Shown: positions 48,056-57,213 of the stretch, in pieces
How the letters are laid out: every line of letters starts with the position of its first letter
Position numbering within the stretch: position 1 is the stretch's first letter
Virus record (IMG/VR): IMGVR_UViG_3300017649_000001
Coordinates: 24,798-88,797 of that record
Length of the DNA: 64,000 bases
Strand: one strand, 5' to 3'
Origin: a virus
Taxonomy: Duplodnaviria; Heunggongvirae; Uroviricota; Caudoviricetes
Translations under genes and position numbers: made by a program
The notes under the pieces: model-generated
The model's input: the letters and a program-made list of their open reading frames with translations, nothing else
What the model was told of the DNA's origin: nothing
Database searches by the model: none

Positions 48056-48127
48056 AAGCGCTCATATAGAGCGCTTTGAAGCTTTAGCAGATAAGAAAAG
48101 CGCTCTATTGCTAGAGCGCTTTCAAGT
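48056..48127 (-). terminator. two tandem intrinsic terminators for the minus-strand gene 48131..48730
   Basis: Hairpins aaagcgctc-atata-gagcgcttt and aaagcgctcta-ttgc-tagagcgcttt; each is followed by a T-run when read on the minus strand. Confidence 0.55.
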
Positions 48128-48130
48128 CTG

Positions 48131-48730
48131 TTATGCAAAGAATTCTTGCATCTTTGCAAGCGCGTCTGCATCTTTGTTAATTTTGAAGAAATTAACTCTT
48201 TCTTTTCTCGAAACTAGATCAAGAATTTTGAAGAAACGCAATGCAACGCTTGACGATGACGCTTGCGTGTCGCAAGTGCGAGCGTCTTTTACTTCATTGC
48301 GCTGATAGACAAGCGCTTTCAATTCGTCTGTAAGAACAATCTTTTCATCGACATTATTCTTTGTGCAAGCAAGCTTGAGAACGCTTGACGTGATATTTTC
48401 TTTATCATTCTTTACATGCAACAAAACAGTTCGCGTCACACATGCATGAAAGTCTTGCATCTTTTTGCTGTCATAAAACATGACAGAAAGCATTTCGCGA
48501 ATTTTGTTCAACGCATAGATATTATCATTCAACATAGATGCATCAGCGTTGATTGTGTCGAGATATTTTTCAACTTTCTCATATGAAACTAAATTCATCA
48601 GCTTAATCATGTTAGCTGTATTGTTATCAAGCTTGTCGCTTGCGCTTTCTTTCTTGCGTGCTTCAACGCGAGCGTTGATGATTGCAGCGTATTTGTTGAG
48701 CGTAGCAGTTTTTGCGTTGTTCTTCGACAT
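48131..48730 (-). CDS. hypothetical protein, AT-rich minus-strand gene (likely horizontally acquired)
   Basis: 199-aa Lys/Asn-rich ORF with GC far below the genome average; palindrome motif upstream on the minus strand; tandem terminators downstream. Confidence 0.5.
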   Translation of the reverse strand: MSKNNAKTATLNKYAAIINARVEARKKESASDKLDNNTANMIKLMNLVSYEKVEKYLDTINADASMLNDNIYALNKIREMLSVMFYDSKKMQDFHACVTRTVLLHVKNDKENITSSVLKLACTKNNVDEKIVLTDELKALVYQRNEVKDARTCDTQASSSSVALRFFKILDLVSRKERVNFFKINKDADALAKMQEFFA

Positions 48731-49134
48731 GTGAGTAACTTTCTAGTTAGTGAGTTAATATTTCGTCGTTTCGTTTCGACAATTTGTTTATAGCGTGCTG
48801 TTTTGAGAAAAAAAAGCGAAGTCTTACAAGTTTTGCTAAGTCTTTTAGGGGATGCCTAGGGCCAACACAGCACTCCGGGCAACTAACCTCCGCTCCTTTT
48901 AAACCACGGATATCATTTATATTTATTCCCGGCACCGATATTCAACCAGTCAGGCTTCCGGATATTCCAGAGCGCGCCGATTTACTTAACCTCCGCTTTG
49001 CACTGTTTACCCCATACCACACGTCCAGGATCCGTTGCCCATCCTCCGCACCCTCAATAAATAACTAAATAGTTATTGATTTTCTCAAAAGTGAGGACTA
49101 GGTTGAGGAAACCGAACCGATCAAGAGGATCGAA

Positions 49135-49662
49135 ATGACGAAACCGCATACAGGGCTACCCGTCGCAGGATATCAGTCGCAGAGCGATGAAGCGGTGGCC
49201 GCCGTAAACCGCAATAAAGTGCTGGAAGAAGTGGCCCTTCGGGCCATCGAGCGGGCAGGGGAGGAGCTTGAAGGGCTGGATCCTCGTGCGCTGGCACTTG
49301 CAAAGACCAAGATGCAGGAAGCCTTCATGTGGTTCAATCGAGCCATCTTCCAGCCCAAGCGTATTGAGGGCGATCTGCCAATCGATGTGAGCCTGTTCTT
49401 CGACGAAGGATTGGTTATCGACCACAAGCTTCACGGCAAGTTGCAGCTTTTTCCGTTCACGGGCACAGCCGACAGCGCCGCAGCGCTCGCCAAGAAGCAT
49501 TCCTCTATCGTGACCTACTATGATGACGATCTGGATCGTTGGAGCGTCAGTGTGTCGTCGATTGATGGTGGAACTGTTGAGCTGGCAATTGGCGATTACC
49601 TCGCTATCGCTCGTTCAGGTCGCGCAATTGCGATGCCCAAAGAGACGATTGAGCTTCCATGA
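49135..49662 (+). CDS. hypothetical protein
   Basis: ORF after the palindrome motif; ATGA overlap with the next gene. Confidence 0.45.
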   Translation: MTKPHTGLPVAGYQSQSDEAVAAVNRNKVLEEVALRAIERAGEELEGLDPRALALAKTKMQEAFMWFNRAIFQPKRIEGDLPIDVSLFFDEGLVIDHKLHGKLQLFPFTGTADSAAALAKKHSSIVTYYDDDLDRWSVSVSSIDGGTVELAIGDYLAIARSGRAIAMPKETIELP

Positions 49663-50264
49663 GCGTCGTAACCTACCGCAACTACGTGATGGCTGCCGAT
49701 ACGCGAGCTTATAGCGGCCGTCACACTCCAATTGGCAACAAGATGAAGATCAGGGCGTTGAATAACGCTGGAATCGCAGGTGTTGTCACCTCTCAGCCAG
49801 GTCTGGGCGAAGCTCTGTTGGAATGGCTCGAAAGCAATCGCGACCCCGGTCTCTATCCGAATGTGCCGGAACCTGTTTTCGACATTCTGCATGTCGACGA
49901 AAAAGGGGAGGTCTATTTCTATCACGACAGTCCTTACCCGTCTGGCCCGTTGAGCGGTCCATTCTTCGCCGTAGGTAGCGGCTGTGATTTCGCTTTGGGC
50001 GCGATGGCAGTTGGTGCAGATGCCGTTCAGGCAGCGGCAGCCGCCTGTGAACTAGACACAGTGTGCGGTGCACCGGTGGCACGCGTTGAGCATCCAATTC
50101 TTCTGCAGCGCGCGCAGGAAGCTGAAACTGCCAATATGGTCGAGAAGTTGACCGAAGAAAATGCGCAGCTTCAGGAGCAGCTTGCGGCCTTGAAAGGCGA
50201 AGAGCCGGTGGAGAAGAAGTCGGTCAAGATCACAAAAATGCGCAAGGAAACTGCCGTTGAGTGA
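49659..50264 (+). CDS. HslV/proteasome beta-like Ntn-hydrolase-fold protein with coiled-coil tail
   Basis: N-terminal 'VVTYRNYVMAADTRAYSG...KMKIRAL' and 'FFAVGSGCDFALGAMAVGADAVQAAAAACELD' parallel HslV '[21 protein letters not shown]...KVRRL' and '[26 protein letters not shown]'. Confidence 0.5.
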   Translation: MSVVTYRNYVMAADTRAYSGRHTPIGNKMKIRALNNAGIAGVVTSQPGLGEALLEWLESNRDPGLYPNVPEPVFDILHVDEKGEVYFYHDSPYPSGPLSGPFFAVGSGCDFALGAMAVGADAVQAAAAACELDTVCGAPVARVEHPILLQRAQEAETANMVEKLTEENAQLQEQLAALKGEEPVEKKSVKITKMRKETAVE

Positions 50265-50445
50265 TCTCGTTTCCATCGACTTGCGCCGCCGACGAGTGCG
50301 CTACGAAGATGGCACGACTGCCCGCATAGAGAGCTTCGTTGACAGGCTTGGTTTCGACCTTCTGTCCTGGCGCGAAGCGGTCTCCATAATTCTCGATAAT
50401 GGTGATGAGTACGAGCTTGATGATGTGAGGTGGGCGATTGTCTAG
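50257..50445 (+). CDS. hypothetical protein
   Basis: Small ORF. Confidence 0.3.
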   Translation: MSDLVSIDLRRRRVRYEDGTTARIESFVDRLGFDLLSWREAVSIILDNGDEYELDDVRWAIV

Positions 50446-50555
50446 CTGCTCACTCGGCAATTCATTGCAGATGCTGCCGCTCTTCATGACAGGGATGTTT
50501 CTGATCCTCGTACTCATGATCACGGTCATCAGCGCCGATTCATCCAGCGATAACG

Positions 50556-50783
50556 ATGAGGATTAGAATGAACACTTCAGAAGTCTGGCGAACCTTCCTT
50601 CTTGCCGCCCTGACATTGGGTTTCTTCATCCTGGTCGCTTATATGATTGCGCCAGAACGGACGATAGTTCGGAATGTCCATTATGAGGTCAAACTGAGCC
50701 ATCTCGAACCAATAAAGCCGCCCGAGCCGGTGCCGAAGTTCGACACCGTTCTCGAAACACTAAGTAAAACGAGATTGCGCTGA
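50556..50783 (+). CDS. small membrane protein
   Basis: TM segment 'FLLAALTLGFFILVAYMIA'. Confidence 0.4.
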   Translation: MRIRMNTSEVWRTFLLAALTLGFFILVAYMIAPERTIVRNVHYEVKLSHLEPIKPPEPVPKFDTVLETLSKTRLR

Positions 50784-50795
50784 TCAGGAAACTGG

Positions 50796-51095
50796 TCAGC
50801 CTTTTTCTTTGCTCTGACGACCGCGCAGCTCTTTCTCGACCTCAATAGCCTGAATGTGCTCTGACCGGCGCCAGTCGTTAAAAATCTCAACGAGGAAGTC
50901 ACGCATCGACATACCGCGCTGTGTGGCGTGCATTTTAAACTCGCGGTGCCAATATTCCGGCATATTGAAGGTCATCGAGACGATCTTCTTTTGCTTCATA
51001 TTGTCGGCAGCGGTTGGTTTCAGAGCCGAAGCTGCGCCCAAGAAACTCTTCCGACGCTCAGACGGCTTGATTGGAACGGGGGAGTCGTCAGACAT
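50796..51095 (-). CDS. ribbon-helix-helix DNA-binding protein (ParG/CopG-like)
   Basis: 'KIVSMTFNMPEYWHREFKMHATQRGMSMRDFLVEIF' is an RHH fold; immediately downstream of ParA on the same strand. Confidence 0.55.
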   Translation of the reverse strand: MSDDSPVPIKPSERRKSFLGAASALKPTAADNMKQKKIVSMTFNMPEYWHREFKMHATQRGMSMRDFLVEIFNDWRRSEHIQAIEVEKELRGRQSKEKG

Positions 51096-51741
51096 ATTCT
51101 TCCTCTACCAGCTTGTTCACTTTGCGAATGATTTCGTCCATCAAACCCATGGCGCGGTCGTTTAGCGTCTTGAAATTGCTTTCGCTGATAGCCCGACCGG
51201 TGTTTTGCGCCATCTGATAGCCAATTTTATAGGAAAGCTCGCTCTCGGCGATCTGGAACTCGGCTTCGCTGATGTAATTGCGAGCATCTGTAACAGCGTT
51301 TGTCGATTGATCCGACGTCTTGTTCAGGACGAACAGAATACGATGGTTCTCGACACCTTTGTTTCGCAGCTCCATAGCAAAGGCGACCTGCGGCTTCAGA
51401 TCATCAAATGTCAGACCCGTCGGAATGATCACAAGCGAGGATTGCTGAGCGATTGCGAGCGAAGTGATATCCGAGTCTGGCTTGCCATCGGCAACGACCA
51501 GATCCACTTCTTCGTGCTTGATAGCTGTCGGCGAATTGAAAGGCTTCACCTGGATAGCAGGTTCAACGCCTTCTGCCGCGCGTATCTTGCCCCAATCGGA
51601 GGCCGTGTTCTGACGCGTATTGAAATCGGCCAGCAAAACGCTCCAATCGTTCTTCACAAAGGTATGCGAGATCAAACGAGCGAGTGTTGATTTTCCGACG
51701 CCGCCCTTTTGCGAAAGACAGGCGATGACGAGATCGGCCAT
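51088..51741 (-). CDS. parA: ParA/MinD-family partition ATPase
   Basis: Deviant Walker A 'LSQKGGVGKST'. Confidence 0.85.
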   Translation of the reverse strand: MADLVIACLSQKGGVGKSTLARLISHTFVKNDWSVLLADFNTRQNTASDWGKIRAAEGVEPAIQVKPFNSPTAIKHEEVDLVVADGKPDSDITSLAIAQQSSLVIIPTGLTFDDLKPQVAFAMELRNKGVENHRILFVLNKTSDQSTNAVTDARNYISEAEFQIAESELSYKIGYQMAQNTGRAISESNFKTLNDRAMGLMDEIIRKVNKLVEEEYV

Positions 51742-52011
51742 TTCTACACCTCTGTAGTTAGATAACTATCTGCCTAGATAGCTTCATTCCTACATAGCTA
51801 AGTAAGCCAATTCGGTTAACGGGTCATTAAAAAAATATAATAGGTAAATGCCTATTTAGTGATTTAACTATTTACTTAGTGAGGAATCGGCTTTATATTC
51901 AGGAACAGTTGATGTTGCTGTTGACTATCGGGGAGAGGGGGTTACGCCTCTGACCCTTCTCCCCACTCTCTTATGGGCACCTCCTCCTATATCCCATACT
52001 TAAATGGCCGC

Positions 52012-53583
52012 TTATGCGGCCATTTTCGTTTCAAAGATCGACCAGTCGAAGTCATCGCCGGGTGGAAGGATTCCTTCTGCAAATCCCGGAGTGAATCTAA
52101 CAATAGCCTCGCGCTGAGCTGCGTGATCTCGAAGCGTGGCGTTGGCGTTGCAGGAATAATCCGCGATGAACGCGAAATTGGGCATATCTCTCTTTCGACG
52201 AAGACCACGCCCGATCTGCTGCCGAAGCTGCACTTCTGCTTTCATACCTCCAGCCCTTTGCACCAGACCGATCGCCGGCACGTCTACGCCGACGTCAAGA
52301 ATGTTGGTTCCGATCAGAACATCGATTTCGCCGTTTACCAGACATTTGAGCTGCGCCTGGCGAACCTCCATTTTATCCTCGCCGCGAAGAAACTCGACCC
52401 GGAGACCGTTCGAACGATAACTCTCAAGGATATTGTCGCCGTGCTTCTTGCGCGCAACCAGAACGAGGACGGGTAGCGAATAATCTCGCGCCCGGAGAGC
52501 GTCCTTCAGCATCGCGTCCAGCATATTCTGGTTTTCGATATATCCGAGCGTATAGGCGCGCTCGAATGGAGACGTTTTGTGCAGACCTTTCGGCGCCTCA
52601 ACGTCAACGAAGCGAAAGAACGGTTTCGCCAGAATGCCGCGATCAATCAGCAGCTTCTCAGGAATGTCGATCAGCACCGGCCCGAATGCCGCCATTAGGC
52701 GCATATTGTCTTCGGCCGACGAGCGCATGAAAGGCGTCGCAGTCAGCGCCACCCGAATATGGGCATTTTTGCAGTAGCGGAGAATCTCATAATAGGATTT
52801 GCCGCCTGCTTCGTGCGCTTCTTCGCCTATGACAACCTCAATAAGTGATAAGAACTTCAAAATCACGTCACGGCGCTTGTTTTTCCGCTCAACAACCTCG
52901 TCAGCCATCTTCAGAATCTCTGCGCGAGACGTATTCGGATTCTTTCCCTTCGCCGTATGCAATGATTTGATGATCTCACGCATTTCCGCATCACGAGACG
53001 GTACTTCGAGCGCCTGAACGAGTGTCTGAACCATGCCGAGATTCACGCCGCGTGAGAAGCTAAGCTCGCCATCACCGACCTGACCTATTTCCATCTTCAG
53101 TTCTTCGAGCTGATCCTTCATCTGGTAAAGAAGGATTCCGCGCGTTGTGAGAAACAGGGTAGGGCGGTCGTAACGCGCCATGATCAACTTGGCGATCTTC
53201 GATTTGCCACCGCCGGTCGCTACACGAATGATGCCAGCATTGTGCTTCTCGACCTGACGCAAGGCTTGCATCTGGTAGTCATAGTCCGGATCGTCGTTGC
53301 CGAAGGCATCAACGATGGGACTTTCTGGACCACGAGGTGGCGGAGCGGGCTTCTTCACCAAGCCAACAGTGTGACCGATTTTTTGCAGTTCTTCGCGAAC
53401 AATCGTGACGAAACCTGCAGGAAACGTGCAGTTGATGACATTGTAGAACGATGATTTACCGCTCCAGCCCAGACCGCCCTCGACATTGTACGACAAAAGA
53501 TTGGTGACGAACGTAGCCACCTCTTTTGTCGGGTCGATAAGCTTCGCCACGACTGCGTTCTGAGCGATTGTAACCTTTGCCAT
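52012..53583 (-). CDS. superfamily-2 DEAD/DEAH-box helicase (UvsW-like)
   Basis: Walker A 'TGGGKSK', 'EEAHEAGG' (DEAH-like), motif VI 'QQIGRGLRRKR'. Confidence 0.75.
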   Translation of the reverse strand: MAKVTIAQNAVVAKLIDPTKEVATFVTNLLSYNVEGGLGWSGKSSFYNVINCTFPAGFVTIVREELQKIGHTVGLVKKPAPPPRGPESPIVDAFGNDDPDYDYQMQALRQVEKHNAGIIRVATGGGKSKIAKLIMARYDRPTLFLTTRGILLYQMKDQLEELKMEIGQVGDGELSFSRGVNLGMVQTLVQALEVPSRDAEMREIIKSLHTAKGKNPNTSRAEILKMADEVVERKNKRRDVILKFLSLIEVVIGEEAHEAGGKSYYEILRYCKNAHIRVALTATPFMRSSAEDNMRLMAAFGPVLIDIPEKLLIDRGILAKPFFRFVDVEAPKGLHKTSPFERAYTLGYIENQNMLDAMLKDALRARDYSLPVLVLVARKKHGDNILESYRSNGLRVEFLRGEDKMEVRQAQLKCLVNGEIDVLIGTNILDVGVDVPAIGLVQRAGGMKAEVQLRQQIGRGLRRKRDMPNFAFIADYSCNANATLRDHAAQREAIVRFTPGFAEGILPPGDDFDWSIFETKMAA

Positions 53584-53662
53584 TTCTTAGAGCACCTATT
53601 GCTTTTAGGAGCGTTTCCGTTAAAAGTAACTAAATGATTAGTTATCTTTTACAGAGTTTGGG

Positions 53663-54406
53663 ATGATTACGCCACGATATTTCGACGTTTCTGTCGGGGA
53701 ATTGCGCAAAAATCCATGGAATACGAACATCGTCAGTCCGGAAAACGAGCTGAAGATACGTAACTCCATCAAGCGCAACGGAATTTTTAAACCTATCCTC
53801 GTTCGCGAGATTGCAGGCGAGAGTGGTTACGAGATCATTGGCGGCGAACATCGATGGGAGCAAGCCGTCGCGCTCGGTTTCACCGCGGTTCCTGTCTGCA
53901 ATCTCGGCGCTATCTCCGAGAAGCAGGCCAAGGAGATTGGTATCATCGACAATGCGCGTTACGGCGCGGATGACAGCCTCGGTCTTGCTGAACTTCTGAA
54001 AGAGATATCGGACAGTATCGAGGATATTCAGGAATTTCTCCCATACGGCGAAGCTGATCTTGATGATTTGTTTGGCTCAATGAGCGCTATAGATCTCGAC
54101 AGCCTGGGGATTGACGACGAAGCAGCAGAAACCGAAGCGGAATTGCTAACCGAGCTTGCGCTGCCGACGCCCAAACCGTCCAAAACTCACACAATCATGC
54201 GCTTCAAGGTTTCTCTCGGTGACGCCGAGCGCCTTACTGCGCTCGTTGCAAAGACCCAGAAAGAGCAGGGCTTGAGCGGCTCCGAGGATCTGATCAACGC
54301 CGGTGATGCCCTTGTTCACCTTCTGAGCGAGCACCTTTCCACCAGCAAAGCCAAGTCCCTCGAAGAGCAGTTGGACGAAGCATTCAAGGATGAAACCAAT
54401 GAGTGA
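53663..54406 (+). CDS. ParB-N/sulfiredoxin-like nuclease-domain protein
   Basis: 'ILVREIAGESGYEIIGGEHRWEQAVALG' ParB box; divergent from the helicase gene with a palindrome motif in the shared promoter region. Confidence 0.65.
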   Translation: MITPRYFDVSVGELRKNPWNTNIVSPENELKIRNSIKRNGIFKPILVREIAGESGYEIIGGEHRWEQAVALGFTAVPVCNLGAISEKQAKEIGIIDNARYGADDSLGLAELLKEISDSIEDIQEFLPYGEADLDDLFGSMSAIDLDSLGIDDEAAETEAELLTELALPTPKPSKTHTIMRFKVSLGDAERLTALVAKTQKEQGLSGSEDLINAGDALVHLLSEHLSTSKAKSLEEQLDEAFKDETNE

Positions 54407-55088
54407 AATCGATCATTCAAAGCAGGCGATCGAAATCTGGGATATCGATAAGATCAAACCCTACGAGCAGAACGCCAAGATTCACGATGATGCACAGGTG
54501 GAGAGCCTGTCGCGCTCGATCAGTAAGTTTGGCTGGTCCTCGCCAATTGTCATCTGGACCGACGGCGTAATCATCGCCGGGCACGGTCGCCGTCTCGCAG
54601 CCCTTAAACTCGGGCTGAAACGTATCCCTGTCATCGTTCGCCGCGATCTGACGAAGCTTGAAGCCGACGCCATGCGCATCGCTGACAACCAGGTCGTCAG
54701 CAAGAACTACGACACCAATATTATGTCCGACGAACTCCGTCGCATTAATGCGGAGCTGGAGATCGGCGGCGGAGATTTCGAGCTTTTCGATCTCGGCTTC
54801 ACATCCAAGGAGCTTGATATTCTGGTCGAGCCTCTCGAGGAAATGGATCTCAGCGTCTTCACTGATGATTTAAGCGAAGCATTGGCCGAGCAGCGCGAGA
54901 AAAACGAGGCGATTGTCGCTTCCATTGACGAAACCGCAGCCCCAGTCGGCGACGCCTTTGGCTTCAAGCGGGTGACAATTGAGCAGTCTCGTGAAATCCG
55001 CAACTTTATGCGTCAGATCGAGACGGTCGAAGGACAAAAAGGGGCGGACGCCCTTTTGGCTTTCTTTCGTAAGTACATCACTATCTAG
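54390..55088 (+). CDS. ParB-N-domain protein (second copy)
   Basis: 'PIVIWTDGVIIAGHGRRLAALKLG' ParB-N motif. Confidence 0.65.
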   Translation: MKPMSEIDHSKQAIEIWDIDKIKPYEQNAKIHDDAQVESLSRSISKFGWSSPIVIWTDGVIIAGHGRRLAALKLGLKRIPVIVRRDLTKLEADAMRIADNQVVSKNYDTNIMSDELRRINAELEIGGGDFELFDLGFTSKELDILVEPLEEMDLSVFTDDLSEALAEQREKNEAIVASIDETAAPVGDAFGFKRVTIEQSREIRNFMRQIETVEGQKGADALLAFFRKYITI

Positions 55089-55106
55089 GCATTTAGGCTT
55101 TTACCT

Positions 55107-55532
55107 ATGTCAGAAAACGTCATCGATATTCGAACCCGCAAAACACGCGAGATTCCCGATCCGGAAGTTGAAAAACTGAAAGAAGAGGAGGCTCGAAAGT
55201 CAGCGATGAGCGAGCACCACGAAAGCTTGCTTAGATATCTCGACCAGGTGAGGGATTTGATCCTCGATGGCAAGCTTGAAACTCTCGTTCTGATCTCGCG
55301 CCACATAGAGACCGGTCACTATCACACTGCGTCAATTATCGACGCTAAAGCGACCGATCTCACAAAAGTTTACGGACACATCGGCGTTCTCGAAACCATG
55401 AAACTGGAACTGATGGAAGTAGCCAGTATGGCGCCGGCACTCATGGAAGATGGATCGACGATCGATCCATACAAAATCCACCCAGATATTAACCCGTCCG
55501 ACGACGAATTTGGATTTGAAGAAGATGACTGA
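55107..55532 (+). CDS. hypothetical acidic protein
   Basis: ORF. Confidence 0.4.
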   Translation: MSENVIDIRTRKTREIPDPEVEKLKEEEARKSAMSEHHESLLRYLDQVRDLILDGKLETLVLISRHIETGHYHTASIIDAKATDLTKVYGHIGVLETMKLELMEVASMAPALMEDGSTIDPYKIHPDINPSDDEFGFEEDD

Positions 55533-56172
55533 ATACGTCGTGGACAGGTCATTTATGACCTCGGTTGAGCGTACACCGCGCGTTCTGGAGATCGCCGAAG
55601 CCTTTGGCCTTGGTCTATCCGATAAAAAGTTCGTGGTTTACGACAATCTGAAGATCGAGATCAGGGAAGGCGATGTGGTTTATATCACAGGACAGTCTGG
55701 TTCTGGGAAATCGCTACTCCTTCGTGATCTGGCAGAAAAGATGGCCAACGGCGGCCTAAAAATCGCAAACCTGGACGAGATTATTCTGCCGGACGTGCCG
55801 GTAATCGACTGCCTCGGCAAAGACACGCTCGATGCTACCAATTTGCTGTCCAAGGCCGGCATTTCGGACGCCTATCTCTATACGCGCAAGCCGAAAGAAC
55901 TGTCTGATGGTCAGCGCTACCGCCTCCGCCTGGCGAAAGTCATGGAGCAGGATGATGCGGACGTATGGATCGCGGACGAGTTCGGTGCGGTTCTAGACCG
56001 CAATACCGCCAAGGCAGTCGCCTTCAACATCGCAAAAGTCGCCCGCGCCAAGAACAAGAGACTGATGGTGGCGACCACTCACACGGATCTGCTGTCGGAG
56101 CTGGCACCTTCTTTGACCATCATGAAACGCTTCCGCGAGAAGGTCGAGATTACCAAAGGAGAAGCGACTTGA
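55525..56172 (+). CDS. standalone ABC-type ATPase (nucleotide-binding domain only)
   Basis: Walker A 'GQSGSGKS', signature 'LSDGQRYRL', Walker B 'WIADEFGAVLD', H-loop 'ATTHTD'. Confidence 0.65.
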   Translation: MTEYVVDRSFMTSVERTPRVLEIAEAFGLGLSDKKFVVYDNLKIEIREGDVVYITGQSGSGKSLLLRDLAEKMANGGLKIANLDEIILPDVPVIDCLGKDTLDATNLLSKAGISDAYLYTRKPKELSDGQRYRLRLAKVMEQDDADVWIADEFGAVLDRNTAKAVAFNIAKVARAKNKRLMVATTHTDLLSELAPSLTIMKRFREKVEITKGEAT

Positions 56173-56337
56173 ACGTCGATCTGGTTGAATTGTGGGTATT
56201 TGCTCAGCTTCTAACGCTGTTCGTGGTGCTCATCGGATCACCGCTTGCGTTCGTTCTTTTCGTTCTACCTGCAATGTTCATCAGCAACGTTCGCGGAATG
56301 CTACAAAAACGCTCTCAGGAGCACACAGGCGAGCGCC

Positions 56338-57213
56338 ATGAATGATTTAGCAATCGAGACACTGATCACCAGGAACGATAGCCCACGCCCGTATTTCTCG
56401 CTGATGGATGAAATGATTATCAGCCGCGGTACGAAGGATGACTGGAACCTCCTGCACGATCTTCATTACAAGGCTGAGAACCTACCGATCGGTCCTCGTT
56501 TCTGGAAGCTCACCCTTCATGGCGAGACCATCGGCGTACTTGTATCTGGAACACCAAAAGGAATGCTCCGTGAGCGGCATCAGGTATTTCCAAATCTGAA
56601 GCCAGGTTCCGGAGATTCCTACGCGTCGAATAAGCACCGGTATGTCTACATAAATGCCAACTTTCGCGTAATTTCCCGCTTCGTGATCGACACCATGTAC
56701 CGCGGAATCGGTGCTGGATATCGAATGATGAACCTGGTCTCTCGCCTGGAGGGAATGACTTTCATGGAGATCCAATCCTCCATGTCGAAGTTTAATTATT
56801 TTGGCCAGAAGGCAGGCTTCAAATTCGTCAAGCCGGCGAATGCCAATAACTATGATCGGGTGATGAAATTCTTCCGGGCCAACTTTGGCTCAAATCCGCA
56901 GGATTTCGAAGCACTGGTGAACGAATTCAACGAGCTGACACCGGAACACCAGGAAGAGATGAAAAGCCTCCTGGGCAGCTTCTATTTCCGTTTCAGCGCA
57001 TTGGAAAACACCAGCAACGCAGGTGCGAACCTTGAAGCGCGTGCCGCCACTATGACCGCTCGGGATTTGATCAAGGGTATTCAGCAAATCGGTCTGGCAT
57101 CTCCCATGTACGGAATCTGGAAGAATCCCGATATCGGCCGCGAGTTACCGGACTCATTGCCGTTAAATGCGTTTGATCGCCAAAAGCCGAATGAAAGGTT
57201 GATTTTGCCATGA
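56338..57213 (+). CDS. hypothetical protein (weak GNAT-like 'YRGIGAGYRMM' motif)
   Basis: ORF; ATG at 56338 (the track start at 56245 overlaps the ATPase gene). Confidence 0.4.
   Translation: MNDLAIETLITRNDSPRPYFSLMDEMIISRGTKDDWNLLHDLHYKAENLPIGPRFWKLTLHGETIGVLVSGTPKGMLRERHQVFPNLKPGSGDSYASNKHRYVYINANFRVISRFVIDTMYRGIGAGYRMMNLVSRLEGMTFMEIQSSMSKFNYFGQKAGFKFVKPANANNYDRVMKFFRANFGSNPQDFEALVNEFNELTPEHQEEMKSLLGSFYFRFSALENTSNAGANLEARAATMTARDLIKGIQQIGLASPMYGIWKNPDIGRELPDSLPLNAFDRQKPNERLILP

Noticed and set aside
52002-52025. Hairpin aaatggccgc-ttat-gcggccattt as terminator of the helicase gene
   Set aside because: It overlaps the helicase stop codon, and the T-run follows on the + strand rather than on the coding (minus) strand. 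Its function is unclear, so I did not annotate it.
51973-52476. Plus-strand ORFs inside the helicase gene (also 52166..52420, 52577..52777, 52799..53017)
   Set aside because: They lie antisense to an SF2 helicase with complete motifs and are out-of-frame artefacts.
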